Shown here one piece after another: positions 62,301 through 64,000 of a stretch of DNA of 64,000 nucleotides. Under the pieces are notes generated by a model. It was not told where the DNA came from. It did not search any database and saw only the letters and a program-made list of their open reading frames with translations. This DNA is from Antechinus flavipes (Eukaryota): the NCBI RefSeq assembly GCF_016432865.1, contig NC_067399.1, forward strand, positions 225,928,001-225,992,000, in the 5' to 3' direction. The position numbers and the translations under genes are program-made. The stretch's first letter is position 1; the number at the start of each line of letters is the position of its first letter.

Positions 62301-63295
62301 TATTGTATTTATAATCATTGCAAAGAAATTCCATCCCACTTTTTTTTTTTTTTTAAACTTTCAGCAACATTGCTTATAGACACTTCTGCAATGAGTCACT
62401 ACTGGAGAAGAACTCCAACTAACTCATTAGTTGGTTACTACCTATCCAACAAAGAAAGGAAGAAAATAATTTCCCCCCAATAATCTGGTAAAAAACTATC
62501 AATGTATATTCAATTAAGACAACATACTACAAAACACAAATAAAAATTAATTACTCTCTCCAAATAGGGAGGTATTTTTTTTTTTTTGCTTTCTTAGGAA
62601 TTCATATCAAATTGTCTCTACACTGATATGAAGGTAAATGAGTTTCTTTGAAATCCAGCTTTGAAAAGAAATACAAGTGCAAAGAATGATAGAATGTAGT
62701 ATTCAAATCCAACCTATGATACTGGCTTGTGTGAACATGTATAAAGTATTTAACCTCTAAGTCTCTGCTTCCCATCAGTAAAGCAAAAATAACAGCTTTA
62801 GTATTGTATCTCATAGGATTATGAAGAGCAATTATACTAAAGCATGTAAAATACTTTGTAGATCTTAAATTATACAAAGAGCAATTATGATTATTAGCAG
62901 GTACTTCTAAGAACTTCTTTAATCTTGGTCACTTTTATGTTAGCAGTACAATAGTCCACCAGAGAAAATTATGTCCTTGATTTACAATGCTATTAAAGCG
63001 ATTGCTCTCAATGGCAAAGTAAACTTTAGGGAGGCAGGGAGAATGATGAATCACATAAATAATTTTCTGATTCACTAAAATGAGGGTTTAGATCTGGATT
63101 AGTATTTGATTATCTTATATAGAGACTGGCTTTGTGTTCTGCTATTTGAGAAAAAAAACGTAAAAGATTTCTGCTATAAAGGAAGAATAGCTTAATCATA
63201 CCAGACCTAAAACTACATTATTTAGTGGCAGTCATCAAAACCTTTTAATAGAGCATTGTACAACATGAAAATTTGAAAATGTTTAAAAGGACTGT

Positions 63296-63840
63296 GCATG
63301 TTTAACCTATATATCAGATTGCTTGCTGTCTTGAGGAGGGGAAGAAAAAAGGAAAGGAGGAAGAAAAAAATTTGGAAAACAAAATTTTATAAAACTGAAT
63401 GCTGAAAACTATCTTTACATGTATATTTGAAAAAATAGCTATAGGAAAAAGATTATGTTCAAAATTTTTTCTCCTTCCTCTCCTTACCTCCCCCCATCCC
63501 AAAACAGCAAGCAATGATTAAATATTTCTATATGGTTATGCAAGAAAAATCAGATCCAATCACAAGAAAACAAAAAAAACACAAGCAAACAACAACAAAA
63601 TGAAAATATTATGCTTTGATCCATAATTCAGTCTCTATAATTCTCTCTCTGGGTGTGGATGGCATTTTCTACCCCAAGTCTACTAGAATTGCCTTGAATC
63701 ACCCGCAAGGTTGAAAAGAGCCATCACAATTAATAATCACATAATATATATTACTGTATTCAATGAAACACAAAATCTTACAAAAATGAATGTTGAAAAT
63801 TTATCTTTACATGTATTTGAGAAAAAAATATAATTGAGAA
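63296..63840. mobile_element. L1 3' tails in alternating orientation (+ 63296-63440, - ~63445-63765, + ~63770-63840)
   Basis: Each carries marsupial L1 tail motifs (attgcttgctgtc, gaatgttgaaaa..atctttacatgtat). Confidence 0.7.
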
Positions 63841-64000
63841 GAAATGAAGTGGCAGATCAATGGAATAGAATTCCATCCACAAGATAACAATATTCAATGA
63901 GAACAGCCAATGAAAACATCTGAAGTAGGACTATGAAGTATCTTATTGGAGAAACAGTAAGAAGTCAGTGGATTGCTGAATACATGGAAAGGAGACTAGA

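Noticed and set aside
1-64000. Prokaryotic-type systems (CRISPR array, operon, defence island, prophage), tRNA or rRNA genes
   Set aside because: No regularly spaced repeat-spacer units, no long ORFs and no RNA-gene signature; the DNA is intron-rich and marsupial-like.

Overview
Eukaryotic, AT-rich, repeat-dense genomic DNA from a marsupial. The MAR1/WSINE1-type SINEs and the L1 3' ends suggest an Australian, probably dasyurid, species (inference). The only protein-coding gene I can support is RAB10 on the minus strand. Coding exons 2-6 lie at 46306-46366, 30207-30345, 22467-22556, 20605-20706 and 18843-18926; all are GT-AG and total 476 nt. Exon 1 lies beyond 64000. A ~2.5 kb 3'UTR runs to about 16350. 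Positions 1-16300 are intergenic and mostly repeat relics; in human the next gene on this side is GAREM2, but no exon of it is recognisable here. Nearly all other ORF-track entries are L1/L2/CR1/RTE remnants or chance frames. There are no prokaryotic, CRISPR, tRNA or rRNA features. The best candidate for something undescribed is an in-frame 27-nt microexon in RAB10 intron 3 (24883-24909, QSDFMPQEQ) with neural-microexon-like signals. Other leads: a nested inverted L1 pair beside exon 3, three short non-tandem local duplications, two ORF2-deleted L1 derivatives, and alternative polyadenylation gating miRNA sites. All of these are sequence-only hypotheses. Repeat family names come from recalled consensus similarity, and most repeat boundaries are approximate.
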